64,000 nt of DNA from Rhodospirillaceae bacterium (GTDB lineage Bacteria > Pseudomonadota > Alphaproteobacteria > Rhodospirillales > Rhodospirillaceae), in the NCBI GenBank assembly GCA_963678075.2, contig CAXXPK010000005.1:148764-212763 (forward strand), written 5' to 3'. A program made the translations under genes and the position numbers. The notes beneath the pieces are model-generated. The model did not search any database. It was not told the DNA's origin and saw only the letters and a program-made list of their open reading frames with translations. The stretch's first letter is position 1. Each line of letters opens with the position of its first letter. This document shows, one piece after another, positions 50,951-60,707 of this stretch.

Positions 50951-51889
50951 TCACTTGATGGTGTCGCGTCGCTGTGGGCGCGACGGCGTCGCTTCCGAGG
51001 CTCGCACCGCGATCGGCACCGCGATGTCAGCGACGAACTGGGCGATGCCGGGTTCCGCTTGGCGTTCCTGTCGTGGATTACCGCGCACCACCATCACCGC
51101 GCCGCGGTCGGAGTCGTTGCGCGCGCCGTCCTGATTGATGTCGGGCAGGGCCGAGGCCCGGGCCGCCTGTCGGTCGGCCTAGGCAGCGGCGTCCTGTGGC
51201 GACAGCCGTCCCGAGAAACGGTCAAGGGCACTGGCGCCGTTCGTACCCGTGGTGGTGGCGGCGCCGGAACCGGTGAAGAACAGGCCACTGTTGACCGCCG
51301 ACAAGTCGATGGCATTGCCCGCCGCGTCGGTTCCCAGACTGCCCGGGTCCGACAAAAGCGCGCCGACCGGGTCGGAGGCGGCGCCGTATTCCAGCGAGGC
51401 GGAGCCGAAATCGACCGAAACGTCGTCCGGGCTTTCCACGTCTTCCTTGATCGCCATCTTCACTTCCATCTGGCGGACAATGAAGTTGAGCTCTTGGCGG
51501 ACCTGGGTGTCGATGGCCGGCGGCTCGACGGTTCCGGCCAGTCGCCGGACCTCATTACGCAGAACCTCGATCACCTTGTGACCGGAGATGTTGGTCTGGG
51601 TGTTGTTGAGGCCATAGACCGACATCAGGCGGTTCAGCCTGGTCGTCACCTCGGAGATGGTGTCGTCGGCGGACGACGCGACCGCCTGCTGGAAACGAGA
51701 GAGCGAATCGCCGGTTTCCAGGGCGGCTCCCGCCATCAATTCCTGGGCGGCATCGGACAATACGACATTGTCACCGGGGAACACCGCTTGCGGCGTTTGC
51801 GCGGCGGCGCCGGCATGAGCCTGCAAAACCCGAGCCTGGGTTCACTCGGTGATTTCCTGGGCGCGTAGCGAAGTCGTGACATCGGACAT
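50951..51889 (-). pseudogene. Unknown 313-codon gene with a strong RBS, interrupted by TGA and TAG
   Basis: AGGAGGAAACC, then ATG at 51889. [15 protein letters not shown], then TGA (51842-51844), then TQARVLQAHAG..RLSPQDAAA, then TAG (51179-51181), then ADRQAARASALPDINQDGARNDSD.. to TGA at 50951. All segments are in one frame. Confidence 0.6.
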
Positions 51890-52183
51890 GGTTTCCTCCT
51901 TCTGGGAGCGCATCCATCCACATACGCGGCGTGGTCATCAGGCCACGCCGATCACAAATCTCTCATTCTGAGAGCATTCGCTAATTCTAAAGTACCAGAG
52001 GTCTTCCAGCAAGAGAGAAGGACTCATCGCTTGGTCCGGCACGGCGCTTCGATTGACAGGGGGCGCATCGGGCTCTACATCTTTTGCCGCGTGGTGCCGC
52101 TGCGAAGGGGCGCCCAGGTGTTTTCATCCGATGCGGTGCCGGGGGTTTGTCGGGCGCCGTGCCGCCAAAAACCGGGGTTTTCG

Positions 52184-54808
52184 ATGTTCGGTGCCATAGC
52201 TAGGCGCGTTTTCGGCAGTGCCAATGATCGAATCGTCAAGGGCATGAAAAAGACGGTCATGGCGATCAACGCGCTGGAGCCGGAGGTCGTGACTCTGGAC
52301 GACGCGGGCTTGCGCGCCCGCACCGACGCCTTCCGCGCGCGTCTTGCTGCGGGCGAAAGCCTCGACTCCTTGCTTCCCGAGGCCTTCGCCACGGTGCGTG
52401 AGGCGGCCAAGCGCACCCTCGGCCAGCGTCACTTCGACGTCCAACTGATGGGCGGTATCGTGCTGCATCAGGGCCGCATCACCGAAATGAAGACCGGCGA
52501 AGGCAAGACCCTGGTCGCCACCCTGGCGGTGTATCTGAACGCGCTGACCGGCAAGGGCGTTCACGTGGTCACCGTCAACGACTACCTCGCCAAGCGCGAT
52601 GCCGCCTGGATGGGGCAAGTTTACGAGTTCCTGGGGCTGACGGTGGGGTGCATCGTGCATGGCCTGGATGACGAGGAACGCCGCGTCGCCTATGCCGCCG
52701 ACGTCACCTACGGCACCAACAACGAGTTTGGTTTCGACTATCTGCGCGACAACATGAAGTTCGGCCTGGAAGAGATGACCCAGCGTCCCTTCAATTTCGC
52801 CATCGTCGATGAAGTGGACTCGATCCTGGTTGACGAGGCGCGGACGCCGTTGATTATCTCCGGTCCCGCCGAGGATTCGTCCGAGATGTATGTCAAGGCC
52901 GATGCCCTCATTCCGGCGCTGGCCCCCGAACACTTCGAAAAAGACGAAAAGCAGCGCGCAGTGACCCTGACCGACGACGGCGTCGAGTTCATCGAGGCGA
53001 TGCTGCGCGAAACCGGCGAGATCGCCGAGGGTGGCAGCCTTTACGATATCGAGCACGTCAGCCTGGTGCATCACGTCAACCAGGCGCTTCGCGCGCACAA
53101 GCTGTTCGCTCGCGACACCGACTATATCGTCAAGGACAACCAGGTCATCATCATCGACGAATTCACCGGTCGCATGATGGAAGGCCGTCGCTATTCCGAA
53201 GGTCTGCATCAGGCTCTTGAAGCCAAGGAAAAGGTGAAGATCCAGAAGGAAAACCAGACGCTGGCCTCGGTTACCTTCCAAAATTATTTCCGTTTGTACC
53301 CGAAGGTGGCCGGGATGACCGGTACCGCCCAGACCGAGGCGCAGGAATTCGAGGAAATCTATCGCCTGTCGGTGGTCGAGATTCCGACCAACATGCCGGT
53401 GACGCGCAAGGACTTCGACGACGAGGTCTATCGCAGCGCGCGCGAGAAGTTCGAGGCGATTTTGTTGCTGATCGAGGACTGCCACAAACGTGGCCAGCCG
53501 ATTCTGGTCGGCACCACCTCGATCGAGAAGTCGGAAATGCTGGCCGACATGCTGCGCAAGAAGGGACGGATCGAGCTGCGGGTGTTGAACGCGCGCTATC
53601 ACGAGCAGGAAGCCTTCATCATCGCCCAGGCCGGGGTGCCCGGCGCGGTGACCATCGCCACCAACATGGCGGGTCGCGGTACCGACATCCAATTGGGTGG
53701 AAACGTCGATATGCGGGTCGCCGCCGAACTGGCCGAGATCGCCGATCCCGCCGCCCATGCCGCGCGCGAGGCCGAAATCCGGGCCGAGGTCGAAGTCCTG
53801 CGGCAGCAGGCGCTGGCGGCGGGTGGCTTGTACGTGGTCGGCACCGAACGCCATGAAAGCCGCCGTATCGACAACCAATTGCGCGGCCGTTCCGGTCGCC
53901 AGGGCGACCCCGGCGCGTCGAAGTTCTTCCTGTCGTTGGAAGACGATCTGATGCGGATTTTCGGCTCCGAACGCATGGACGGCATGCTGCAGAAGCTGGG
54001 CCTGCAGGAAGGCGAGGCGATCACCCACCCCTGGATCAACAAGGCCCTGGAAAAGGCGCAGCAGAAGGTCGAGGTGCGCAACTTCGAAATCCGCAAGAAC
54101 CTGCTGCGCTTCGACGACGTCATGAACGATCAGCGCAAGGCGATCTATGGCCAGCGCCGCGATCTGATGTTGGCCGAGGACGTGGCCGAGATGGTCGCCG
54201 ACATGCGCCACGAGGTGATCGAGGACTTCGTCATCGCGCGCATCCCCGAACGCGTCATGCCCGAGCAGTGGGACGCCGAGGGTCTGGCCCAGGACGTCCG
54301 CCGGGTGATGGGGCGCGATTTGCTGATCTCCGACTGGGCGGCCGAGGAAGGCATCACCGACAAGGAAATCCTGGACCGTTTGCTGCGCGAAGGCGACCGC
54401 CTGATGGCGGAAAAGGCCGCCAACTTCGGCCCGGCGACGATGCGGGTGATCGAAAAGTCCCTGGTCCTGCAAATCCTCGACCAGACATGGAAGGAACATC
54501 TGCTGGGGCTTGACCACTTGCGTCAGGGAATCGGTTTGCGCGCCTATGGCCAGCGCGATCCCTTGAACGAATACAAGCAGGAAGCCTTCGATATGTTCCA
54601 GAGGATGCTGGCGCTTTACCGCGAGCGGGTGACCACCATGCTCTGCCGCATCGAACTGCGCTTCGACGACGAGCCGTCGGCCCCGGCCCCGGCGGCGGCC
54701 GAAGCGGTCGATCCGGCCGATCCCTCGACCTGGGGGCGGGTGCAGCGCAACGCGCCGTGTCCCTGCGGTTCGGGCAAGAAGTACAAGCACTGCCACGGCA
54801 AGATGTAA
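52184..54808 (+). CDS. secA: Preprotein translocase ATPase SecA
   Basis: 874 aa from [16 protein letters not shown] (ATG 52184 inside ORF 52031..54808). Motifs [24 protein letters not shown]. The C-terminal zinc motif is [14 protein letters not shown]. Confidence 0.97.
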   Translation: MFGAIARRVFGSANDRIVKGMKKTVMAINALEPEVVTLDDAGLRARTDAFRARLAAGESLDSLLPEAFATVREAAKRTLGQRHFDVQLMGGIVLHQGRITEMKTGEGKTLVATLAVYLNALTGKGVHVVTVNDYLAKRDAAWMGQVYEFLGLTVGCIVHGLDDEERRVAYAADVTYGTNNEFGFDYLRDNMKFGLEEMTQRPFNFAIVDEVDSILVDEARTPLIISGPAEDSSEMYVKADALIPALAPEHFEKDEKQRAVTLTDDGVEFIEAMLRETGEIAEGGSLYDIEHVSLVHHVNQALRAHKLFARDTDYIVKDNQVIIIDEFTGRMMEGRRYSEGLHQALEAKEKVKIQKENQTLASVTFQNYFRLYPKVAGMTGTAQTEAQEFEEIYRLSVVEIPTNMPVTRKDFDDEVYRSAREKFEAILLLIEDCHKRGQPILVGTTSIEKSEMLADMLRKKGRIELRVLNARYHEQEAFIIAQAGVPGAVTIATNMAGRGTDIQLGGNVDMRVAAELAEIADPAAHAAREAEIRAEVEVLRQQALAAGGLYVVGTERHESRRIDNQLRGRSGRQGDPGASKFFLSLEDDLMRIFGSERMDGMLQKLGLQEGEAITHPWINKALEKAQQKVEVRNFEIRKNLLRFDDVMNDQRKAIYGQRRDLMLAEDVAEMVADMRHEVIEDFVIARIPERVMPEQWDAEGLAQDVRRVMGRDLLISDWAAEEGITDKEILDRLLREGDRLMAEKAANFGPATMRVIEKSLVLQILDQTWKEHLLGLDHLRQGIGLRAYGQRDPLNEYKQEAFDMFQRMLALYRERVTTMLCRIELRFDDEPSAPAPAAAEAVDPADPSTWGRVQRNAPCPCGSGKKYKHCHGKM

Positions 54809-54829
54809 GCGACGGCGGCGGGGGGGGGC

Positions 54830-55515
54830 GGCGGCTGCGCGATATCGCTGCTGCCGCGCAGGTAGGTCTCGATGTCGTCGCGGATAACCCGCAACTGGGC
54901 GACAGTGGTGCGGTATTCGACGCCGATCGTCCAGTTGATGCGGCGGCAGGTCATTTGCGTGAAGTTGGTCACCGCGTGGTCGGAAAGGGCGGTGTTCGGC
55001 ACATAGACCGGCGCCTTGTCGAAGCGCCGGATCAGGGTGGATCGGAAGCCGATGGTTTCCACCACGCCCTCCACCACGCCATCGACGCGCACCCAGTCGC
55101 CGGGGTTGAAGCGTTTCTCGGCGATGGATTAGCCGGCCGGAGATCAGGTTCTTGAACAGGTCCTGCGCGCCCGGCGCGACGGCGACGCCGAATAGGCTGA
55201 AACCGGCCAGGATCGGCCCCACCTTGACCCCCCACAGGTCCAGGATAGTGGCGGCGCCGATCGTCATGATCAGCAGCTTGACCGCCTTGATCGTCCAGGT
55301 CATCAGCGACACCGAAAAGATGTGCTGCAGCCGGTTGAAGACGAAAGATAGCGGTTCGACCAGGACGTAAAGGAACCAGAACAGGTCGAAGACCACGAGC
55401 GACCGGACGACCGTCATGTGAATGGCGGCGATGTCCTTGGAGAAATGCATGTGTTGCCCGGCCAACAGCAGGCCGATGATGAAGGGGATCGTCCGCACCG
55501 GGCCGCGCAGGGCCT
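54830..55515 (-). pseudogene. MscS-family mechanosensitive channel fragment, truncated at both ends and frameshifted
   Basis: ..GPILAGFSLFGVAVAPGAQDLFKNLISG (frame of ORF 52124..55498) shifts near 55125-55140. It continues as SIAEKRFNPGDWVRVDGVVEGVVETIGFRSTLIRRFDKAPVYVPNTAL (ORF 54616..55092). The 5' end is cut by IS copy C. The 3' end stops at a G9 run (54820-54828) just after secA. Confidence 0.75.
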
Positions 55516-56367
55516 CTAGGCTCAGGACCCATTAAATTATTGTCAGGCAGATCGGCGGCTGATTCACTCATGGGAGGGAGGACCCCATCCATGAGTGATC
55601 TGTTTTGGTTGTCAGAGAGGCAGTTGGCGAAGATCGAGCCGCATTTCCCGCTATCGCATGGCGTGCTGCGGGTTGATGATCGGCGAGTGATCAGCGGCAT
55701 CGTTCATGTGATCCGCAACGGCTTACGGTGGCGAGATGCACCACCCGTCTATGGCCCCCACAAAACCCTCTATAATCGTTTCGTTCGCTGGAGCCGACTT
55801 GGGGCGTTCAGCCGGATCTTCGCGGCCTTGACGGGAGAGGCTGGCCCTCCAGACCGGTTGATGATCGATGCAACCCACCTGAAAGCTCATCGGACCGCCG
55901 CGAGCCTCTATAAAAAGGGGCTCTTCCCCGATGTATCGGACGCACAAAAGGCGGGCTGAACTCCAAGCTTCATGCGGTTTGCGACGGACAAGGAAGGCCC
56001 CTCATCCTGCTGCTCAGCGAGGGGCAAATGAGCGATTACAAAGGCGCGATGCTGTTGCTCGACCTATTTCCCAAGGCCAACGTCCTGATCGCCGACAAGG
56101 GCTATGACGGTGATCCCCTTCGAGAGGCTTTGACACAGCGAGGGATCGCTACATGCATCCCGCCAATGCGTCATCGCAAAACCCAGTACGCTTACGACAA
56201 AACCCTCTATCGCCAGCGTCATAGGATCGAGAACCTCTTCGCTCGCCTCAAGGATTGGCGGCATATCCACACCCGATATGACCGATGTACGGATATCTTC
56301 TTTGCCGCCGTCATCATCGCGGTACTCCTCCTCTTCTGGATCGAACCTTAATGAGTCCTGAGCCTAG
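55516..56367 (+). mobile_element. IS copy C: apparently intact IS5-family (IS427-like) element
   Basis: CTAG, then GCTCAGGACCCATTAA.. at the left; ..TTAATGAGTCCTGAGC, then CTAG at the right. The ~20-bp imperfect terminal inverted repeats are bracketed by CTAG on both sides. The two-ORF transposase has no internal stop. Confidence 0.92.
55591..56351 (+). CDS. IS5-family transposase, orfA-orfB joined by a predicted -1 ribosomal frameshift
   Basis: orfA runs 55591..55959 (MSDLFWLSERQL..). The A5G motif is at 55912-55917. The -1 frame reads KKGALPRCIGRTKGGLNSKLHAVCDGQGRPL..SEGQMSDYKGA..ADKGYD..YRQRHRIENLFARLKDWR and ends at 56351. DDE residues are present. Confidence 0.85.
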
Positions 56368-56403
56368 GCCCCGGCGGGTCCCCGGGCAGTGCTGGGCCTG
56401 ACT

Positions 56404-57351
56404 TCACGCGTCTGGCGGTAGGCCGAGAAGACCGCGGGCATAGTCCTGGGCGGCGAATGGGCGGAGGTCCTCGGTTGCCTCGCCGACGCCGATGAAGTGC
56501 ACCGGCAAGCCGTGTTTTTCCGCCAACGCGACGACGACGCCGCCCTTGGCCGTCCCATCCAGCTTGGTTAGGGCCAGGCCATCGACCCGGACCATCTGGA
56601 GGAAGATATCGACCTGCTGGTGGGCGTTCTGGCCGGTGGTGGCGTCCAGCACCAACAGCGTGGTGTGCGGCGCGTCGGGCACCAGTTTTTTCAGGACGCG
56701 GGAAATCTTTTCCAGCTCAGCCATCAGTTCGGAGCGATTGTGCAACCGTCCGGCGGTGTCGATCAGAAGCACGTCGTCCTTTCGCGCGGTGGCCAGCTTC
56801 AGGGCGTCGAAGGCGACTCCCGTCGCGTCCGCCCCGGTTTCGCGCGCCATCACCGGGCATCCGGTGCGTTGCCCCCAGACCTGTAGCTGTTCCACCGCCG
56901 CGGCGCGGAAGGTATCGCCCGCTGCCATCACCACGCCCTTGCCCTGATCCTTTAGTTGCTTGGCGATCTTGCCGATGGTGGTGGTCTTGCCGGCGCCGTT
57001 GACGCCGACCACCAGCACCACGTGGGGTTTCCGGGTCGTGTCGAAAATCAGCGGCTTCGCCACCGGCTCCAGGATTTTTTCGATCTCTCCGGCCAGAGTG
57101 GCGCGGACCTCGTCGGCGGTGACGTCCTTACCCAGACGCGCGGCGCGCAACGATGCGGTCAGTCGTGTCGCGGTGGCGACCCCGATGTCGGCGGCGATCA
57201 GGATCTCTTCCAGTTCCTCCAGCGCCGCGTCGTCAAGAACGCGGTGGCCGAAAAGGGCGCCGATCCCCTGCCCCAGGCGCGACGAGGACCGTGCCAGCCC
57301 CGCTCGCAGCCGGGCCAGCCAGCCGGACTGGTTTTGCCGTTCTTCGCTCAT
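56404..57351 (-). CDS. ftsY: Signal recognition particle receptor FtsY
   Basis: 315 aa. Motifs GVNGAGKTTTIGK, DTAGRL, TKLDGTAKGG. Confidence 0.96.
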   Translation of the reverse strand: MSEERQNQSGWLARLRAGLARSSSRLGQGIGALFGHRVLDDAALEELEEILIAADIGVATATRLTASLRAARLGKDVTADEVRATLAGEIEKILEPVAKPLIFDTTRKPHVVLVVGVNGAGKTTTIGKIAKQLKDQGKGVVMAAGDTFRAAAVEQLQVWGQRTGCPVMARETGADATGVAFDALKLATARKDDVLLIDTAGRLHNRSELMAELEKISRVLKKLVPDAPHTTLLVLDATTGQNAHQQVDIFLQMVRVDGLALTKLDGTAKGGVVVALAEKHGLPVHFIGVGEATEDLRPFAAQDYARGLLGLPPDA

Positions 57352-58625
57352 GCCAGGATCCCGTGCAAAGTGGTGCCATCGTGGCCGGTGACGGCGACGC
57401 CCGCGACCGTGCCAATCGCGGGCGGCGGCGTCAAGCCCGGATCGTCGATCTTGATCGGCAGGTAATGGTCGGTGTGGCCCTGTCCCTGGTTTTCGATCAC
57501 CGCCGTCGCGGTGCGTCCGACCCAGGTGTCCAGCAGTGCCGCCATCCGGCGGTGTCCGGCATTGCGCAGGCGCCGCGCGCGATCCTTGACCACGTCGCCC
57601 TTGACCTGCGGCATCTTCGCCGCCGGGGTGCCGGGGCGCGGCGAGAAGGGAAAGACGTGCAGGTGGGTGACGTCGGCCTCGTCGATCAGGGCTAGGCCGT
57701 TTGCGAACATTTCCTCGGTCTCGGTGGGGAAGCCCGCGATGATGTCGGCGCCGATCGCTATTTCCGGCCGTTCGGCGCGCAGGGCGCGGGTCAGGGCGAT
57801 CACATCGGCGCGGGCATGGTGGCGTTTCATTCGCTTCAGGATCATGTCGTCGCCCGCCTGCACCGACAGGTGCACGTGCGGCAACAGCCGGGGTTCGGTG
57901 ACCAGAAGGCGGAACAAGGTATCGTCGATTTCGACGGGATCGAGCGAGGTCAGGCGCAGGCGGGTCATTTCCGGCACCGCGTCCAGCAGGTGGCGGACCA
58001 GTCCGCCCAGGTCCGGGGTTCCGGGCAAATCCGCGCCATAGGCGGTGATGTCCACTCCGGTCAGCACGATTTCGGGGATGCCGGCGGCGATCAGGCCCCG
58101 GATCTCGCGGGCGATGCGGTCCGGCGTCTGACTGCGGTTGGGGCCGCGCGCGAAGGGGATGATGCAGAAGGTGCAGCGGTGATCGCAGCCCTGCTGCACC
58201 TGGACGAAGGCGCGGCAGCGGCCCTCAAATCCTTCCAGTAAATGGGTCGCGGTCTCCCGCGCGGTCATGATGTCGGTGACGCGGATCGATGGCCCCTGGT
58301 CGCCGGCGGCATAGGCGGCGGGGTCCATCTTTTCCCGGTTGCCGAGAACGCGGGAGACTCCCTCCATCTCGGCATAGCGGTTCGGGGTCAACTGCGCGGC
58401 GCAACCGGTGACGATGATCTTGGCGTCGGGGTGTTCGCGATGCAGGCGGCGGATCGTCTGGCGTACCTGACGTTCGGCCTCCGCCGTCACCGCGCAGGTG
58501 TTGACGACGATAGTGTCGGAAAGCCCCGCGCCTTCGGCGTGCCCGCGCATCAATTCCGATTCATAGGCGTTCATGCGGCAGCCGAAGGTGACGACGCGCA
58601 CCGGAGCCGGGGCCTCGTCGCTCAT
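57348..58625 (-). CDS. mtaB: MiaB-like radical SAM methylthiotransferase, MtaB type
   Basis: 425 aa. Motifs FGCRMNAYE, VNTCAVT, QQGCDHRCTFCIIP. Position between dapF and ftsY. Confidence 0.9.
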   Translation of the reverse strand: MSDEAPAPVRVVTFGCRMNAYESELMRGHAEGAGLSDTIVVNTCAVTAEAERQVRQTIRRLHREHPDAKIIVTGCAAQLTPNRYAEMEGVSRVLGNREKMDPAAYAAGDQGPSIRVTDIMTARETATHLLEGFEGRCRAFVQVQQGCDHRCTFCIIPFARGPNRSQTPDRIAREIRGLIAAGIPEIVLTGVDITAYGADLPGTPDLGGLVRHLLDAVPEMTRLRLTSLDPVEIDDTLFRLLVTEPRLLPHVHLSVQAGDDMILKRMKRHHARADVIALTRALRAERPEIAIGADIIAGFPTETEEMFANGLALIDEADVTHLHVFPFSPRPGTPAAKMPQVKGDVVKDRARRLRNAGHRRMAALLDTWVGRTATAVIENQGQGHTDHYLPIKIDDPGLTPPPAIGTVAGVAVTGHDGTTLHGILA

Positions 58626-59482
58626 GCGGTTTCGTCCAGGTCGCCGATTACGCCGTCGAAGGACAGGCTGGCCGGGCCGGTCATCAGGACGTGGCCGTTG
58701 TCCGCCCAGGTGATGCGCAAATCGCCGCCGTCCAGCACCACGGTGCCGGTGCGACCGGTGATCCCCCGCCGCGCCGCTGCCACTAGGGTGGCGCAGGCGC
58801 CGGTGCCGCAGGCCTGGGTGATGCCGATGCAGCGTTCCCAGACCCGCATCCGCAGGGTGTTGGGGGCGATCAGGTGAACCACTTCGACATTGGTCTTTTC
58901 CGGGAACAGCGGATGGGCTTCGATCAGGGGGCCGACCTTGGTCAGGGCGATCGCCTCGGCGTCGGGAACGAAGAAGACCGCGTGCGGGTTGCCCATCGAT
59001 ACCCCGACCGGAGTTTCCAGTCCGCCGACGGAGATCGGCAGGGACAGGGTGTCGTGCGCCTCGGCCAGGGGAATTTCATCCCACCTCAGCCAAGCCTCCC
59101 CCATGTCGGCGGTGATCGCGTCGCCGCCCGCGGCGATGGCGCGGATCAAACCGGCGCGGGTCCGCAACGTGGTTTCGCCGCGTCCGCTCTCTTCCATCAG
59201 CAGACGGGCGACGCAGCGGGTGGCGTTGCCGCAGGCGGAGACTTGACCGCCGTCGGCGTTGAAAATCCGCATGAAGGCCTCTGCCTCGGCGTCGCCGGGC
59301 TCGATCACGATCAACTGGTCGCAGCCGATGCCCCGCCGCCGGTCGGCCAATCGGGCGATTTGCGCCGGTGACGGGGCCAGGGGCCGGACGCGCGCGTCCA
59401 GGATCACGAAATCGTTGCCGAGCCCGTGCATCTTGCGAAAGGACCGTCCGTTCAGGACGGCGGGGGTGTCGCTGTTGTTCAT
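58622..59482 (-). CDS. dapF: Diaminopimelate epimerase
   Basis: MHGLGNDFVILD, with catalytic Cys motifs ACGNATRC and ACGTGACA. ATG at 59482 lies inside ORF 58622..59620. Confidence 0.95.
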   Translation of the reverse strand: MNNSDTPAVLNGRSFRKMHGLGNDFVILDARVRPLAPSPAQIARLADRRRGIGCDQLIVIEPGDAEAEAFMRIFNADGGQVSACGNATRCVARLLMEESGRGETTLRTRAGLIRAIAAGGDAITADMGEAWLRWDEIPLAEAHDTLSLPISVGGLETPVGVSMGNPHAVFFVPDAEAIALTKVGPLIEAHPLFPEKTNVEVVHLIAPNTLRMRVWERCIGITQACGTGACATLVAAARRGITGRTGTVVLDGGDLRITWADNGHVLMTGPASLSFDGVIGDLDETA

Positions 59483-59595
59483 GATCTTGCTATTAAGGTA
59501 CGCCGCGCCGCGAAGTCCAGGGGAAAACCAGGGGAGGCGAAATAGGGAAAACCCTTGCGAGGGGCCATGGACCCCTCGCGCTCCGCACCATGGTT

Positions 59596-59674
59596 CCATG
59601 GCGCTTCGCGCGAAAACCAAAATGAAGGGTACACAGGGGCCGGGACCCTGTGCGGGGTTCGGGGCGGAGTCCTG
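59596..59674 (+). repeat. Third copy of the structured intergenic repeat seen at 22545-22725
   Basis: CATGGCGCTTCGCGCGAAAACCAAAATGAAGGGTACACAGGGGCCGGGACCCTGTGCGGGGTTCGGGGCGGAGTCCTG is near-identical in its first ~45 nt and last ~25 nt to 22647-22725. Confidence 0.8.
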
Positions 59675-59689
59675 ACTTGGTTTTTCCCG

Positions 59690-60407
59690 TTATGCGTTGA
59701 GGATCAGCGGACCGAAGGTCTCGACGAAGGCGCGCATATGAAATTCCGCCTGCGCCTGGCCATAGGCGTAATCCCGGCCGACCGGGCTTGCATGGCGGGC
59801 GCGGCAGCCATTTTTCAGGCAGGTGATGCCCGCCGTGCTTTGCAGGCGTTTGATGCAGCAGGCCGCGTCGTATCCGCCGTCGGTCAACGCGCCGCAGATG
59901 CAGGCGGAGACGCAGGGGCGATCGATGCAGGCATCGCAGGGATTGGCGGCCATCGGCGTGGGCGCCGGGGCAGGGTGGGGCGACAGAAGAGCGGCGCGTA
60001 GCCCGAACCATGTGCCGTAGCGCGGGTGAATGGCGGGCGTCATCGGCGACTCGAAAAAAGCCCCGGCCCTTGCCCCCCAGGCGAGAAAGGAAAGGAACGG
60101 TGGGCCGGTGAAGGGAAACACCGCCTCCATCCCGAAATCTTTCATGATGGGGGGTCAGGACCCGCCGCGTCCAGGAATCCAGGGGGTGCGGCTCGTCCCG
60201 CCGTTTCGCCTGGAATGCCTGCCACATCTCTGGCCCGGCGTTGCCGACCAGGGTAATGGAGCGTGTCGCCAGTCCTGCGGACAGGGACGGCACCGCATCG
60301 TCGGGGGTGGGGGCAAAGGCGTCCAGTACGATCAACCCATGCTCCGCCAGTTGGAGCTCAAGGGCGGAAGAGCAGACGGCCTCGGTGGCGGCGATATCGA
60401 CGATCAT
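59690..60407 (-). pseudogene. Conserved Cys-rich (ferredoxin-like) alphaproteobacterial protein, frameshifted in a C6 run
   Basis: MIVDIAATE..LVGNAGPEMWQAF..PLDSWTRRVLTP (frame of ORF 59493..60488) is followed by IMKDFGMEAVFPFTGPPFLSF..NPCDACIDRPCVSACICGAL..GCRARHASPVG (ORF 59690..60145). Removing one C from CCCCCC (plus-strand G6 at 60150-60155) restores one frame. Confidence 0.7.
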
Positions 60408-60707
60408 GGATTTTTTGTGTGTCCTGGACACGGCGCGTGCCTTTCTGGGAAAGCCTAGCGACGAAGTTCTTGGTTGCGGATCGCGCACCGTTTCTCAATG
60501 TAGGATGTCCGTCGCGCCCAACCAAAGGGGGGTTGGGTATTGACTCGCGTCGCCGGATTGCGTATGTCTGCCGCTCTTCCAGAGTCGGTATGGTGCTTTT
60601 GCGTCCGACGCTTCCAAGGAGGTCCGTTCGTCCGCGAGGGTTCGCGCACGGGCGCGTTCGATATTTGGGTTATTGCCGCGCTTGGGCGCGGCGCCACGGG
60701 TGGGCCG

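Noticed and set aside
32913-51844. In-frame TAG and TGA codons as programmed recoding (pyrrolysine or selenocysteine) or as suppressible stops.
   Set aside because: The same genes also carry frameshifts and deletions. TAA stops occur alongside them. No SECIS-like hairpin follows the TGAs, and no pyl or sel genes are in view. The expected residues at these positions are Gln or Trp, which fits simple transitions.
55032-55700. 222-aa minus-strand ORF reading out of IS copy C into the MscS fragment (and the similar ORF 38758..39156 at copy B).
   Set aside because: It is antisense to the transposase leader and then out of frame with the channel gene. The translation is Arg/Pro/Gly-rich with no motifs. 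Only the equivalent ORF at copy A happens to join a real REC domain.
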